Below are positions 41,245 through 54,300 of a stretch of 64,000 bases of DNA, piece after piece (positions within the stretch are counted from its first letter, which is position 1; every line of letters starts with the position of its first letter). Source of the DNA: Aplysia californica (taxonomy: Eukaryota); assembly GCF_000002075.1 (NCBI RefSeq), contig NW_004797311.1:673968-737967 (forward strand), written 5' to 3'. The notes under the pieces are model-generated. The model saw only the letters and a program-made list of their open reading frames with translations, made no database searches and had not been told where the DNA came from. The position numbers and the translations under genes are program-made.

Positions 41245-42205
41245 TATTTCCCTTAGCTGTTGCTTTACTGGCTTAGACAAGACTGACGAAAGTCTGCTGT
41301 GTAATGGTTGGACTCTTTATCTTGCATGCAGAGGACGAGTTCGATCCTGCATGGGGAATTAATTTTATTGAGTTTTTCTGTCTTTTTGTTGGGATGCTGT
41401 GTCCCACCAAGAGTGTGGTGTTACCTTGACAAGCAAGGTTATAAAAGCCTGCCTGTTTAATGATCTGAATGGTGTTGAATATCATTCGCATTTACCACTA
41501 TATTTTGATATGAGGGCAAGACCAATGCTAATCTTTGTCTTTTTTGCTCTGATGACATGTCGACGACAGATCCCAGACAAGTTTTAATAATATGCAAGGA
41601 ATGCAGCCCAATTCTTTCCTTTTCTTTATCTTAAGTTCATTGTAGATTCATTACCATTAATACGAATTCACTCATATTTTTTTAACCTGCTGAAGTTATG
41701 TTTAAAAAAAATAAATTATCTTCCTTGATGGCAACAGGGAATATCTTACAATGCAGCGTCATGCTGATTGTATTGAACTCTTGCAGTAGTAAGAAATGAG
41801 TGGAAAAGATGGTGCCTTGGAAGTTTATGTTGCCTCGAGTTTCTGTTTAGTACATTCTTATTCTGTTAAGATTGCAAAAATTGCATGTCTTTGACTGTGG
41901 TGATGTGTTTTTAGTTTCAAAGGAAAAGAGGTTATCTTGTTGTGTACAAATGAACCATTGCTGAGGGATAGAAACTTCACATGTTTTCATGTATGTTACG
42001 AGATAGAGTCCCCTGAGGTCTGAGAAATCAGACGTCCATGGACCAGATACTATAATTTCTGCATTTCAGAATGGGAAATGTGCCGCTACATCATATGTTG
42101 TCCCTGGCATAAGACACAAAAAGCTGAAACTGAAACAGAAATTATTTTTCACAGTTCAGTTCATGATAAGATCAGTAGAAGTAGAACAGTTGAAAGCTTC
42201 TAGTG

Positions 42206-43199
42206 TGGATCTGATTGAAAATGTGTTTCAATTTACGATTGCATTTGATGAATATATTTTATGACAAACAGTGAGTGGTGTGTGATGCATTGACAATGAA
42301 ATTGTTGCTATGAATGTTTCATCTAATTTTTATGAAAAAAAATGTTGGTAATCAATAGAACCATGTGAGGAGAAATAAACAAATCATGCTACTGACGGAA
42401 ATGTTGCTCCTCAAAATTCTGATATACATGAATTTATAAAATAAAAAAAAAGGACTGTCAACTTTTGAATATCTCTTTTTCTGGTGCTAAAAGGTGGAAT
42501 GTTTGTCTGAGATTTTAAAGGGTTATGAATGTTTTCATTGTAAAGCTTAAAGTCTCTAGAAGTGAAAATAGTCCTCCTCGTCAAACAAAACATTCAGCAG
42601 TAATATGGAGCATATCTTTTTGTGAACTTTTTTTTTGTGCCCTAATCCCTGACACTTAAAAGGTTATGATTTAATTTCAGTCATTATTCTTCCGTCTAAA
42701 ATTTGAAGAGCAACATTTTCTAGTGAGGTGCATGAGAAAATCTTAATAAAATTGGGACTTGGCTCTTTTTAAAAATTTGTAATGTCTTTGTATATTTCTG
42801 TGCTTTGTGTGTAAGTGTAAGAAAAAAAAGTACATTGTACTTGTATAAATGGGTTGGTTTTTGTTTTGTTTTTTAGGAAAAGCACATCCATTGGTGTGGC
42901 TGAAAAGAAGAGCACTGATTCATTAGTTGTCCCTACCTTAACCTTGTCTTCCTTGCCTCTATAACTGTGATAAGTTGGAATGGGGGATTCTGATCTCATG
43001 TAGGGTTTCCACAGTGGGATTAGCTATGGATCTGATTGAAAATAATTATGTTTCAGTTTATGATTGTATTTGATGAAAAACAGTGAGTTGTCTGTGATGC
43101 ATTGACAATGAAATTAGCTATGAATGTTTCATCTAATTTTTATGAAAAAAGTTTCGGTAGTCAATAGAAGCATGTGAGAAGAAATAAACAAATCATGCT
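42206..43199 (+). repeat. About 180-bp diverged direct repeat pair (42206-42390, 43027-43199), each ending near AATAAA
   Basis: TGGATCTGATTGAAAAT ... AGAAATAAACAAATCATGCT occurs twice. Confidence 0.8.
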
Positions 43200-44127
43200 G
43201 CTGCTAGCTCAGACACAACGCTCTGAACTGACAAACTTTTGTATAAAGCAATTTAAGGGTTTGAACCACATAATGGTTTATAATGTATTCATGTTCAAGA
43301 TCATATGATATTTACTTCGCACAAGAATTTCCAAAATATAGTCGGCTCCTCATGTGTTGAACTCGCTTGAGTTGATCTTCGGTAAAGTTGATCTTTTTCT
43401 CAGGTCTCAGCTCCTCTTCTTTACAGATCCCAATGTTAATAAGTTGAACTTGGGATGAGTTGATCCTTTTTTCACTTCTCTGACGACATCAACTCATCTG
43501 CAGTTGACTGTATTTGTACAGCACGGGAGGTGTTTGTGTGGATGTGGATTTATGCTTTAAAGTGGAAGGTTGACATTCTAGCCAGATAAAGAGGTAGAAA
43601 TTATGCACATTGAATACATTATACCTTTTGTGTCTCTCATGCGTTTGGGTTCTCTTGCAGCAGCAGGATAAAAATGAAGCAGCCCTCGTAACACTATAAA
43701 TATATGTTTTAACTACAGTCATTTGTACTGCATTTCATACATGTGTTTTGGCGAACTCTGGCCCGTCTGCTTTTCCGTACTTTCATTTTCTGTTGCTTGA
43801 TGTTATATACAAGCATTTTATCTTTTGAAACCTTGATAAACCTTCAACGTTAGCTACAGTCATCTGTAAAGGGAGCAGTGGGTGACGTAATAACGTGGTG
43901 GGCTATTTGACGGTTGCTCTGGTAAGGTTTGCTCCTTCTTTCCAATGACACATCTGTCGTATACTCTCCTCCTTTTTTGTGTTTATTACTCTTTTGTAAC
44001 ACCTCTAATCTTCGGTAGGCCTACTTATGTAACCTAATTGTGTTGCAAGTGCTGCAAATGGCTAACTGAGACCAAAGTAAAAAAGTGTGTGCGGGCTTGC
44101 ATACGTGCGTGCGAGGGGGCACGTGTG

Positions 44128-44134
44128 CGAGAGA

Positions 44135-44197
<63 letters not shown>
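44128..44197 (+). repeat. (GA)n microsatellite
   Basis: Direct reading. Other microsatellites: (CT)n 35583-35620, (CT)n(CA)n 28632-28694, (CA)n 44512-44546. Confidence 0.95.
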
Positions 44198-44199
<2 letters not shown>

Positions 44200-44510
44200 A
44201 AAGGGGACGGGGAAGGGGTGCGTTGAAAACGACGTTTGACGGCAGGAGATACGCTTGAGACAAGCAAGCAGAACAGAGAAAGAGGTCATGAGTTAAGGCA
44301 GTGATTTCTTAGTCTAGTTTTGGAAAAAGATGAAGAATTAATGGATGTTCTATTACTTGGCCTAAATAAGTAATCTGTCAAAGATGTCGTTTCGGGAAGA
44401 AAAAAGTGACGACGATAATTATCACTACTTTGGGACTTGCTGTTTCGGCTATCCTTTATTTTCTTCTTTTTTAAAAGCTGCTACTACTATTTTTTTAAAT
44501 GACGATTTCC

Positions 44511-44548
<38 letters not shown>

Positions 44549-45320
44549 ATTAATTATCCCTTTACCCACCCCTCCTCTACCTGTATTTTCTTCCTCAATT
44601 ATTTTTGTCTATCAATCTAACTTTCCCCAAACACTTCATGCCTCTGATACTATCACTATCACTGATAGTGTCTAAATATTTCTCTTCACTTGTACAAAAA
44701 TTAACCCGTTTTGCGCAAATGAAGACAGGTGGTTGGAGGGCGCCACTGGTATGCCTTACTTCCTTACTGTCCCTCTGTTGATTCTGTTTGTCTGTCTTAC
44801 ATTTTCTCAGAATTAAGTGACCTTTTGTGTTGATGTACTTCTCTTTATTTTTACTCAAACAAGCAAATAGCGCAAATGAGTGGCAGAGCGCGGAATGATG
44901 TACTGTCATGTCGATACCTTCATTTTTTCCAATTAGTCATATCAGACCAACAGGCTTGAAGAACCAGTGGTGTGCTTTCTTACTCTGACACTAAGCCTAG
45001 GCTCATTCTAAGCACATAACACAATCTGTTTCACCCATTGCTAACAGCTGATCAGAACGTAGGCCTAGGCCAACACGACAAACGATTGACAATTCAGCGT
45101 GTTGGAAGAAATCGCTGCCTGCCCTGTGCTCGCTGCCAGTGACAGACAAATTGGCAAATGGGCTCCTGACATAACAACCATGTAAATGGCGGATTGTTTA
45201 TGTCTCTCGCTGAACTCTGGCTCTCTTGACAGATAGCTTCGTCGACAGAATGTTTCTGACACCTGTGCCATAACGGTTTTATTTTATTCCCAGTTGTCAA
45301 ATTGTTCGTATCATAGCAAA

Positions 45321-48300
45321 ATGACGTTCACCCCAAGGGATGTGAAGGATGTCTCTGCTCTTGTTGCTAAGAAGTTGTAAGTAGAAATCTAGATTTCTCC
45401 ATCGCCACTCTGAGACTCTCTCGTTGTGTTTTTCTCCTTGATCAGCAGGTTAATTTTACAACTACACGTCTAGTATTCTTTATTGTTTTGAATTTATACA
45501 ATAGATTCTAGTTTGATTATCGAACCGACCAGAACTTAAACGACCGTTGCATGCTATATTGATTGTCTACGTTTATGCTGTCAATTGAAAATGTTCTGAA
45601 AAATTAAGTAAATTTAAACTAAATTAAACGGCTCCTTTTTATACTTTTAAATCGCTGCGTCGCTAGACGCGGCACTGGTCGCACCCAGGTGCAGGGATTA
45701 CGACGTAATGCTTACGGACCCGAATTGAATGTCTTTATATTGTATTAGAAATCTTAATCCTTGTGCATTAGCATTAGCGTGGCTAAGCCAGTTCGGTGAG
45801 CTTTAACCATTATTTTGCTAAGAAGATTAAGAGTGTTCCACGACTGAACCTACCGCCTTAGTTATTTTTCTGTTTAGTAGTAGACGAATAATTTGTAACA
45901 TTGTGACCCAGTACTAAGCTGTGTTTTATCCGTGGATGATTTGGATAATAGCTCTTCGGAACTGGATTACTTGTGTGGGTTAAAACAAAATTGTTTTCAA
46001 ATTGAAACCTGATCAAGAGCCCAGGTTATTTTGTGATTTTGTGAAGAAAATTGAGGTAGGCCTATCCTATGATATGACATTATAACCTAAATGTTTTCTT
46101 TAAAAAAAATCAGGAATACAAGATATGTTATGTTCCTCCTCGATCTGTGCCTTTATAGAAGTATAAGATATTATATGTAGGATAATACTTTTCATATTCA
46201 TTGATGGAACTATTGTGGGGTTTAGTTCCTAACATCAATCCTAGTGTCAATCTTGCTTTTTAACCGACAGAGAGTTGTATATGAATGTTGAGAGAAGGGA
46301 AGAAAGATTCGACCCTCAAGGATGTTACAGAACAACACCAAATATGGTAAGAATCACTTTCTGTTATATATGTGGCCTCTTGCGGTTGCTGGAAATCAGA
46401 TAATTATATGATTAGTTAGTTGTCAAGTCTACAATCAATGTGAAGTTTGAATTCGCTTTTCAAAGTGGTTCTTAAAATGAAGAGCCAAATTCATCTAAGA
46501 AAAAAATAAATGCTTTTCTCAAAACAATGCTTCTTGTCAAAAGTAACACATTTCCACATACTATAACTTAAAGAAACATTAAGAGGTCAAATCCAACCGC
46601 ATTCAGAGCGGAGTTCTGGACTGATAAATTACCAAATTTAGTGCGATGAAAACAAGGGTCATTATAATTGTCATTACATGAAGTGTTACAATTTGGTTTC
46701 TTTCACTTAAGTCCTCCTCCATTTCTCATCTTTCATTTGTTTGTTTTCTTTATTGTGCCTGTTGACAAAGCAATATTCCAATTTTTGTTTGAGTTATGAT
46801 ATTTATACTGAGTCCGGTTACATCGTTTTGTTGATGCAAGACCGCAAGAACTAATTCACTCGTTTTTCCCAAAACCCACGCTTTGACAAAGTGAAACTAG
46901 ATGTTTCAGGTACGAAGGCTGACTTGTTTGACAGGGTAATCAAAGTGAAACAAAACCAGATATAATGGCCTGGAGATATCACACAAGAATCTTACTCGAG
47001 GCGGCGACTCTTAAGTTGTGTGAATGAAAACAAATCCGGAATTCAACCGCCAAAATAATCGGGAAAGTATCTCATTAAATATCAATTCCAAACTAAAATT
47101 AAATTTAACTTTAAAAGTGAATACACAAACCCAAAGCAAGGAAGCAGAGATGTCAGTACTAGATCTATATGTTATAGAGATACCAGGGAGTCTAACGCTT
47201 TGGTAGAACATGACAATTATCATTTTTAAAAATTTCACTTTTGGCTGTGTTTTGTCTAGCTTTTCGCGGCCAGGAGCCGTTGTCATAATCGAGGTCACGA
47301 TCTGATTATAGGACGTTAAAAAGTCGAGGAAAAAAAACAAGCATTCGCAGCAGTAAAGAGATTATTAGGAGTTAGTTCCCCTCACATCTGTAAGGTAGAC
47401 TCGACCAGTGTACAAGTTCACGTACATAATCAGGGCTTACGACTGATTATAACTGTGGCCCGAAAGGGGTGAACAGGGTATATGTGGCAATGAAACAGTA
47501 TTGACTGCTATGCATGTATTCCCTTCAACTCTATTGGTAGACTCTTCCAGCCCCACTTTAAGCTTATTCAAATCAAAGCTTGTGACTGCTTATGGAGTGG
47601 CCCGAGAGGGGTGAGCAGGCTATTTCTGTGGCAATGAAACCGTTTTGAATGTTAGGCATACTGTTCATTGTTGATATTGAACGTCTTTTTACCTTTAATT
47701 TATAAGGTTTACGTTTATGGGTGAATTTGACTGCTACAACGTTTCAAAATTAGGTAGGGAAGCAGTGATTATTTGATTATATAGACGCTTCGCCACTGAG
47801 ATGTTTTCGTTTCCTGAATCCTTTCTGAGTTTTTCAATAGCGGTAAAAAGTAATTATAAATGACGGATCGTGTTAAAACTAAACAAAACTGAGGTACCCT
47901 ATCATGGCCAATATATCGGCGATACATCTGCAAGGGGTGTGGACTCGTGCCAATATATCGGTGATAGGTCCGGAAAGAGTTAAAATGGAGTAAGCACTGT
48001 GGATCTGGCATCTGGTATCGTTCATTGATTTGTTCCGAAGCTTTTAAACATCAAATTTGACACAGCATCACTTCTTTGCTAAAATGTTTGTCTCTGAAAT
48101 AAAAAACACTCAAAGCACTATTTTGCTCCCTTCGATGATGATGGTGATGATGTTCTTGATGTCCTTTTCGGTGATTTCTTATTTATGAAGATGTGGTTTT
48201 AAAGTGAATTTTGTTTTGTTATTGCTTTGCTTTTAATGATATAAAATGTAATGTATTTTGTTATTCCTTTTATTATTTCAGCGAACTTTTGATTTGATGT

Positions 48301-51300
48301 ATCATATGCTGGAGAAAGGAGAACTTGATAAAAAGAGTCACAAAGTCTCGAAGTCTAAGGGAAAGCATCACCGGAAAGGATCAAAGTCCCCTGAAAGGAA
48401 AGAAAAAGCTTCAAAATCTGACAAAAAGTCAAAAGGGAAATATTCAGATCATGAAAGTGATGAAGGCATTGATGAGAGAAATGGATGTCATGTAAACAGG
48501 TATGAGTCTCTTTTGCTGACAGAGCAGGTAAACCCTTAGTGTGCTCTTTGTTGAATTAGTTTGACATACAGTTCTAGAGCTAATTCTTTCAAGAGAAAAA
48601 AACATCTGGTTTCTGTAAAGCATAAAAGTATGCCATGCTGACATCTTTTTTAAAAATATTGTTTTTAGAAAATGTTGTTTGAGGATCAATGTCAAACAGT
48701 AATAGGAACATACAAGATGATATTGTGTCCCCGTCTTCTGAAAGCAATGGTGACTTGACCTCAGTACTTCAGTAATTGTGTTTGCATTCTGTTTCCTGGA
48801 TCAATATGTGAATGTAGTCTAGATTATAACATCTCAAATTTGGTCATAGTCCCTTTTGTGGTTTCTCTTCTACAGTGATGTAGAACCTAAGAAAAGAGAA
48901 AAGAAAAGCAAGAAAGAAACTGTTAAACCAAAGCTGGTTGAGAATTCCAGACGTGTAGTGCCATTCCAAGAGGCGGAGAGGTTGAAAGAAACAGCAAACA
49001 AAGTTTTGGTCAGTATGTTATAGGCTCACAAACCTGCCAAGTACTCTGATAAAATCGAGGCCGTTCGATTTTTTTTTTTTACCCTTCGAAGAGTCGGTCG
49101 GATTTGCATATAATCTGAGTTTTTTTTTCTTAGATTCCATTTCCATCGGTTGTACATAACTTATCTCAAATGGCGTGAAAATGTAGGGGTATATTTGTAA
49201 TATTTGTGCAACTTATACTTATCATAATGACATGAAAAATTCAAAGGTTATTTGCAACACTTGCACGGCTTATCGTAATGATATGATGTCAAAATGCAAA
49301 ATTTTATTTGCATATGTTTGCAATACACGTTTATTTGCCATGATTAATTTACTGGTATTATAAAGACTCTGATTTTTTTGCCCACGAACTCTAATTTTTA
49401 AAGAAGATTTTGAGGAAAACTCCTATTTTTGGTCATGGAGTGGTTGGCAGGTCTGGGCTTACAATTATTTGTGTGTTTGATTTCTGTTCTCATGCATGTG
49501 ACCAAGTCAAGTGTGCTTTTGTGTATATATTTATGTGTCATGACGTGGTAGAATCAGACGCTCGTCAATGATCAATTTTTGGGCATATGGAGTTATTGGT
49601 ATCTTCTTAAAGCTTGTTCAATTATCTTGCTTCTGATAGGAAAAGTACCCATCCGTGTTACTTGCGTTTGAAGGAGGTGGGGGTCCCCTTGTGTTGAGAC
49701 AAAATTAGTGAGAAAGTGGTGGCCTAAGTTTGGTGATTTTCAAAGCATAAGTGTCTTTGAAAACTGCCAATTTACATTTATCTGTTTCTTTTATCAAGGT
49801 TTTTCTTTAACCCTATCCGTTCGTTGTGTTTTACAATCGTATCATTACGACATGGGAAACTCTGTCCCACCACTTTCCAAAGAGGAAATTTACTCGTTAA
49901 TCCTATCTGTACGCTTTGCATAGCAGTCTGTCAAAATGATTTTTTGAGAAATACTGAAAGTTTCAAAGAGATTTTCGTACTAGAAGTATTCTAAAATGTG
50001 AAGAATACGACCCCGGGGATACAAAATGACCCCAGGGCGTACAGATAGGGTTAAAATCCACACAAGAATGTGTTTTATGTGAAAATAAAAAGTGTTGAGC
50101 CAAAAAATTGTCCAGGAAAGAAAAACGCAGGTTTCTTTGATTTCATTATTTTTGACAAGCTCCTGATTTTACCACAATGCCTGGCATATATTTATGTGTG
50201 TATGGTGCGGTTCTTGATCCTTCAAGACTAATGTGTATCTATGCTGTGCAGAGATATTGTGAATATGTATGTATGACTATAAGTGAGCTATTGTTCATGT
50301 ATAACTAAATGCGTTTTTATGTGTTTGTATATGTGTGAATGTGATACAGTCTTAATTCATGGGAGGTTGACTGATTCTCTCATGCGGTTTGCTTATGCTT
50401 TCCTATCAAATATCTATTGTCTTTATCTTCTCCTTTTCCTTTTTTGTGCTTGTTATTCTCTTTAAGAAATTCGATACAAAAAAGTCTTTTGTTAAAAATA
50501 ATAATATAAAGTTGACGAAAATTTATATCTATTACAGTTACTGTTATCTGGTCATGTTCTGTTATCTGCTTTCATCTCCACTTCTGCTTCCCCCTTCCTC
50601 TTGGCTCCCGACTCTTTTTGCTGCTACTTCTGGCTCCTTCTCACTGTTGTCTTTCAGCTACACTATTTAAGGTTGGTGAGATTTAACACTTAACCTTCTC
50701 AGATAAGGGAGAAACAATCTTGGAGGTCTTATGTGCAAGTTGTGTATGTTAAAAACTCTTTTGATGGTCTTAAAATAAATAAGAGTTGGCTTCGGCTGCC
50801 ACTCCCGCAAAATTAAATTCAAAATTAATTCTTACCCAAACTGAAAATGCCCTTAGTAGGTATAAAAGCATATAGAGTCCTTTCAAAATCGGAATTGTGG
50901 CTGCCTGACCTGAAGGCAAGGGGCTTTACTGAGTATGAAAAACAATCACATACACACATAAAATCAGTTGCACTGCAGATTGAAGAGCCAGTGACCGACT
51001 ACATCTGATATGGAGCCAAGAAAAGAATGGAATTTTAAGACACACCCTTACATCTTTGACTCCAAATGTACGACAGTGTCTCTCCTTTGGAGCATATCAA
51101 GGAAGTCAAGATCAGAAGGGAGGGAATTGGTACTCTATGTCTATCGCCCATGCAAAGCTGTTTCGTGAAAATTGCTTTAAGATCACCTGTCAAGATGCAA
51201 AATGCCATCACTGTTAGACTAACTATATGACACCCGTTTAAAAAATAAACCACTCTTTAGGAATAACTTTTGTTCAACCGAAAGACTTTGAAATGATAAA

Positions 51301-54300
51301 ACTACACTAATCTCCATTTGTACGAAATGCAGTGCCATATCTAAAACCACGTCTCACTCTGACGAAGAGCCTTTTTCTGCTTTGCTTGCAAGGACTCAAA
51401 ATTAGCGCATTTACCCCACAGTCTTTCCTTTCTAACAACATTTGGTCAGTAAAGTACGTGTGACAATGTCTTTTAAGGCCTGACTTTGGACTGTTGCAAA
51501 GAATACAATATACAGAATGAGATTGATAAATATGAAATATTTTTATTTTGAACATCCATATTTCAAACTTGGCTCCTAGTGTATGTGGGAGGATTTATAC
51601 TTTAAATCAGCTGAACTTAGCATTGGTGAATTAACAAAGATGAAAACAAATATTCCTCTTTAATGATGGGATGTGAACCCTTTTTCTGTGCTATAATGAC
51701 AAATAAAAACATATTAAGTGTCAATGTTTGGAATGCACTTGTGCATTCTGTCTAAACCTGTAATAAAAAATTTGTTTTTTTTTCTGATGGAAGGTCTAAA
51801 GTGCTTCATTTATTCTATCCTGTCTCCTTTACTCTTCTTTATAAAATTCTTTACAGGGGGAGCAAGATCTCGATAAACTTTGTGTGATCCATCGTTATCG
51901 GCCACATAGCGTTGATATTGCACCCATAACTGAAAACGGAAAAGTGTCCAACTACGTCATGCATGTTGGATCTGCTCTTCATTCAAAAAATTATGTTGAG
52001 TACTACATGAAAGAGGGTGAGTAGTTCAAAGTCCTTATATAAAAGAGAGTAAATTGTTGAGACAGGTTATAGTTTGAAGATATTGCTAACTGCTTTTTTG
52101 TTTTGCTCCATTTGAAGACGGTGACACAAAATGAACTTTTTTTTTTGCCAGACTTTATACACTGTAGTTCAGTACAGCTTGACAAAGGGAAGCATTTGGA
52201 CTTAGTGGAAACAAGATGCTTTTGAGAATCAGCTAACAATTATTTTCTCTTTTGTTGTTGTTATTTGATCTTACTGCTATCTTGTGCAAACTCAATTTTT
52301 CCATTAATATCAAATCTCAAGTAAGAGTTTTTCTTCAGGTTTTAATGTAGTAAGAAAACATTTTTCTTTTCATCACAGAAAATGCCTCTCTATCCTTTCT
52401 GCTTTGTGTTTAATAGAAAATACTTTGTAAGTAGCCTTCTTTTTCTTGTTAATCAATACTGTATGTAGTTTGTTCAACCGAATGTGAGAATGCCTTCCAG
52501 GCTGATTTTCATTTTTTTTCTTAATCTCTTAAGTAAAAAAGTTGACTTTTAGTTGAAATATATATGGTTTTCTCTATATTAACAGGATTACAGTCTGGAA
52601 ACAAAGAGCATGCCAAGAGACTGCAGCGTTTGGGTGGCAAAGATGGTGGGGTAGGTTACTTAAGGCTAGACAAATATTCTGTAATGGCATTGTTTCTTAA
52701 TTTAATGTTAAGACTAATGATCATAAGGATAGGGCTTAACTTCTACGAATGTCTTTGAATGATGTTTTGATCTTATTTTACATCAGTATATTATTTAAGG
52801 TTTAGACTTAAAAAGGCTACGTAGTCAGTGGTCAAACTCGGTACTTTGTGGATGGTTGGCCGGTGCTCTGGTGTTGTTTGCTTCTTCTTTTCTATCAAAC
52901 ATATGTGAGGCAGCGTGGTGGAATCAGGCTCTCGTCAAAATAATCAAAGTGAAAAAACTGGCATTTTTTCGCAGGTTTTTAAATTTTTATCAAATTTTTG
53001 TTTTTCGGCTCAAAACCTTTCAGACCCTTTAAAGAACTCATTTCTTCGTGGATTTTTCTTAAAAACGTTGATTAAAGGCACAAAAGATGTAAATTTTCTG
53101 TTACCACGTACTCTTAAGCTAAAGAAATAACTAATCTTTGGTTGCCATTTTTTCGCTAATTTTAACTCTGAAAACAGGTGACCCCCACCTCCTTCATACT
53201 TCATTTGCAAATATCTCGACTTTTTTTCAAGATAAATGGATATTTTTTTCATTCAGATAAAGAAAAATGAACAAGCTTAAAGTTGATATAAATAACTCTA
53301 CATGCCCCAAAATTGACGAGAGCCTGATTCCACCACACTGCCTCACATATATCGTCCTCATCTCCTCTCCTTCATTTTTGTGTTTGTTACTCTCTTGCAA
53401 CACCTCTAATCTTCGGGACTTATATGACCTTATTGTGTTACAAGTGCTGTAAAACACTTACTAAAACAAACTCGGTACTTTTGTGCTTGAGCTGCATTCG
53501 GTTGAATATCAACACTTTCCATTAAGTAATCGGGATAAATCTTTTCTTCAGCCTTTGAAACAGGATCACAATATTGGGCTTGCAATGATATCAGTTGTTA
53601 TGACACAAAACAAAACTGCACTTGTAACAAAGTAAAGTGCCTTACCCAAGGGCTCTGTCTTGGAAATGTCCTATTTTTGCCTGGTCAGACACTGTCCTCT
53701 TAACACATTTCACGCTGTGCCTAGAGATTCCCTGTGCGCACCTTTCATTTCTGACCAGAGCGCAGGAGGGTTAATCCCCTGTTAGGAGTGATATCTCTGA
53801 CACACCTATTTTTGTTGGAAAACCCGAAAATTTACTAGGTCGGGTGACACTGTTTTTGGTAAATTTGCTTTGTATGAAATGATTTTGAGAACAATTTATT
53901 TTATACCATAAGCAAAGCATGACCACTTCTTAGTGTAAGACTCAGCATACACCCTCAGTGTACACCCTCAGCGTACATGCTCAGCATACACCCTCAGCGT
54001 ACACCAGATTGAAAAGGGAAGTATAATGAAGTCTTACGCTGAACAGTCTACATGTAAACAGTCTGAAATGTCAGAGATTCAAAGTTCACTGAAAGGGTTT
54101 TCCCTATTTTTGTTTATCTAGGACAGAGATACATATGAAGAGCATGGGGATCAGCATCCTTCAGGAGGTAACTCATGTTCAAGACAGTAAGTTTAAGTTT
54201 TCTTCTTTATGTTTCGTTTTAGTTGAACGACATAAGCATTTCCAGTGTAGCTCTAGAAAGGTCAGAGGCCGGAGGGTCCTGCTCGTTCCATGCAGCTCTA

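Noticed and set aside
42206-43199. Direct repeats as LTRs of a TRIM or solo-LTR pair
   Set aside because: No clear PBS, polypurine tract, TG..CA termini or TSD.
44021-44289. Short ORFs with [12 protein letters not shown] runs (also 27636-28922, 35443-35764)
   Set aside because: They are translations of dinucleotide microsatellites or N-gaps.
45878-46055. In-frame TAA codons as stop-codon recoding or RNA editing
   Set aside because: The flanking exons join in frame without this segment, and all other exons use the standard code.
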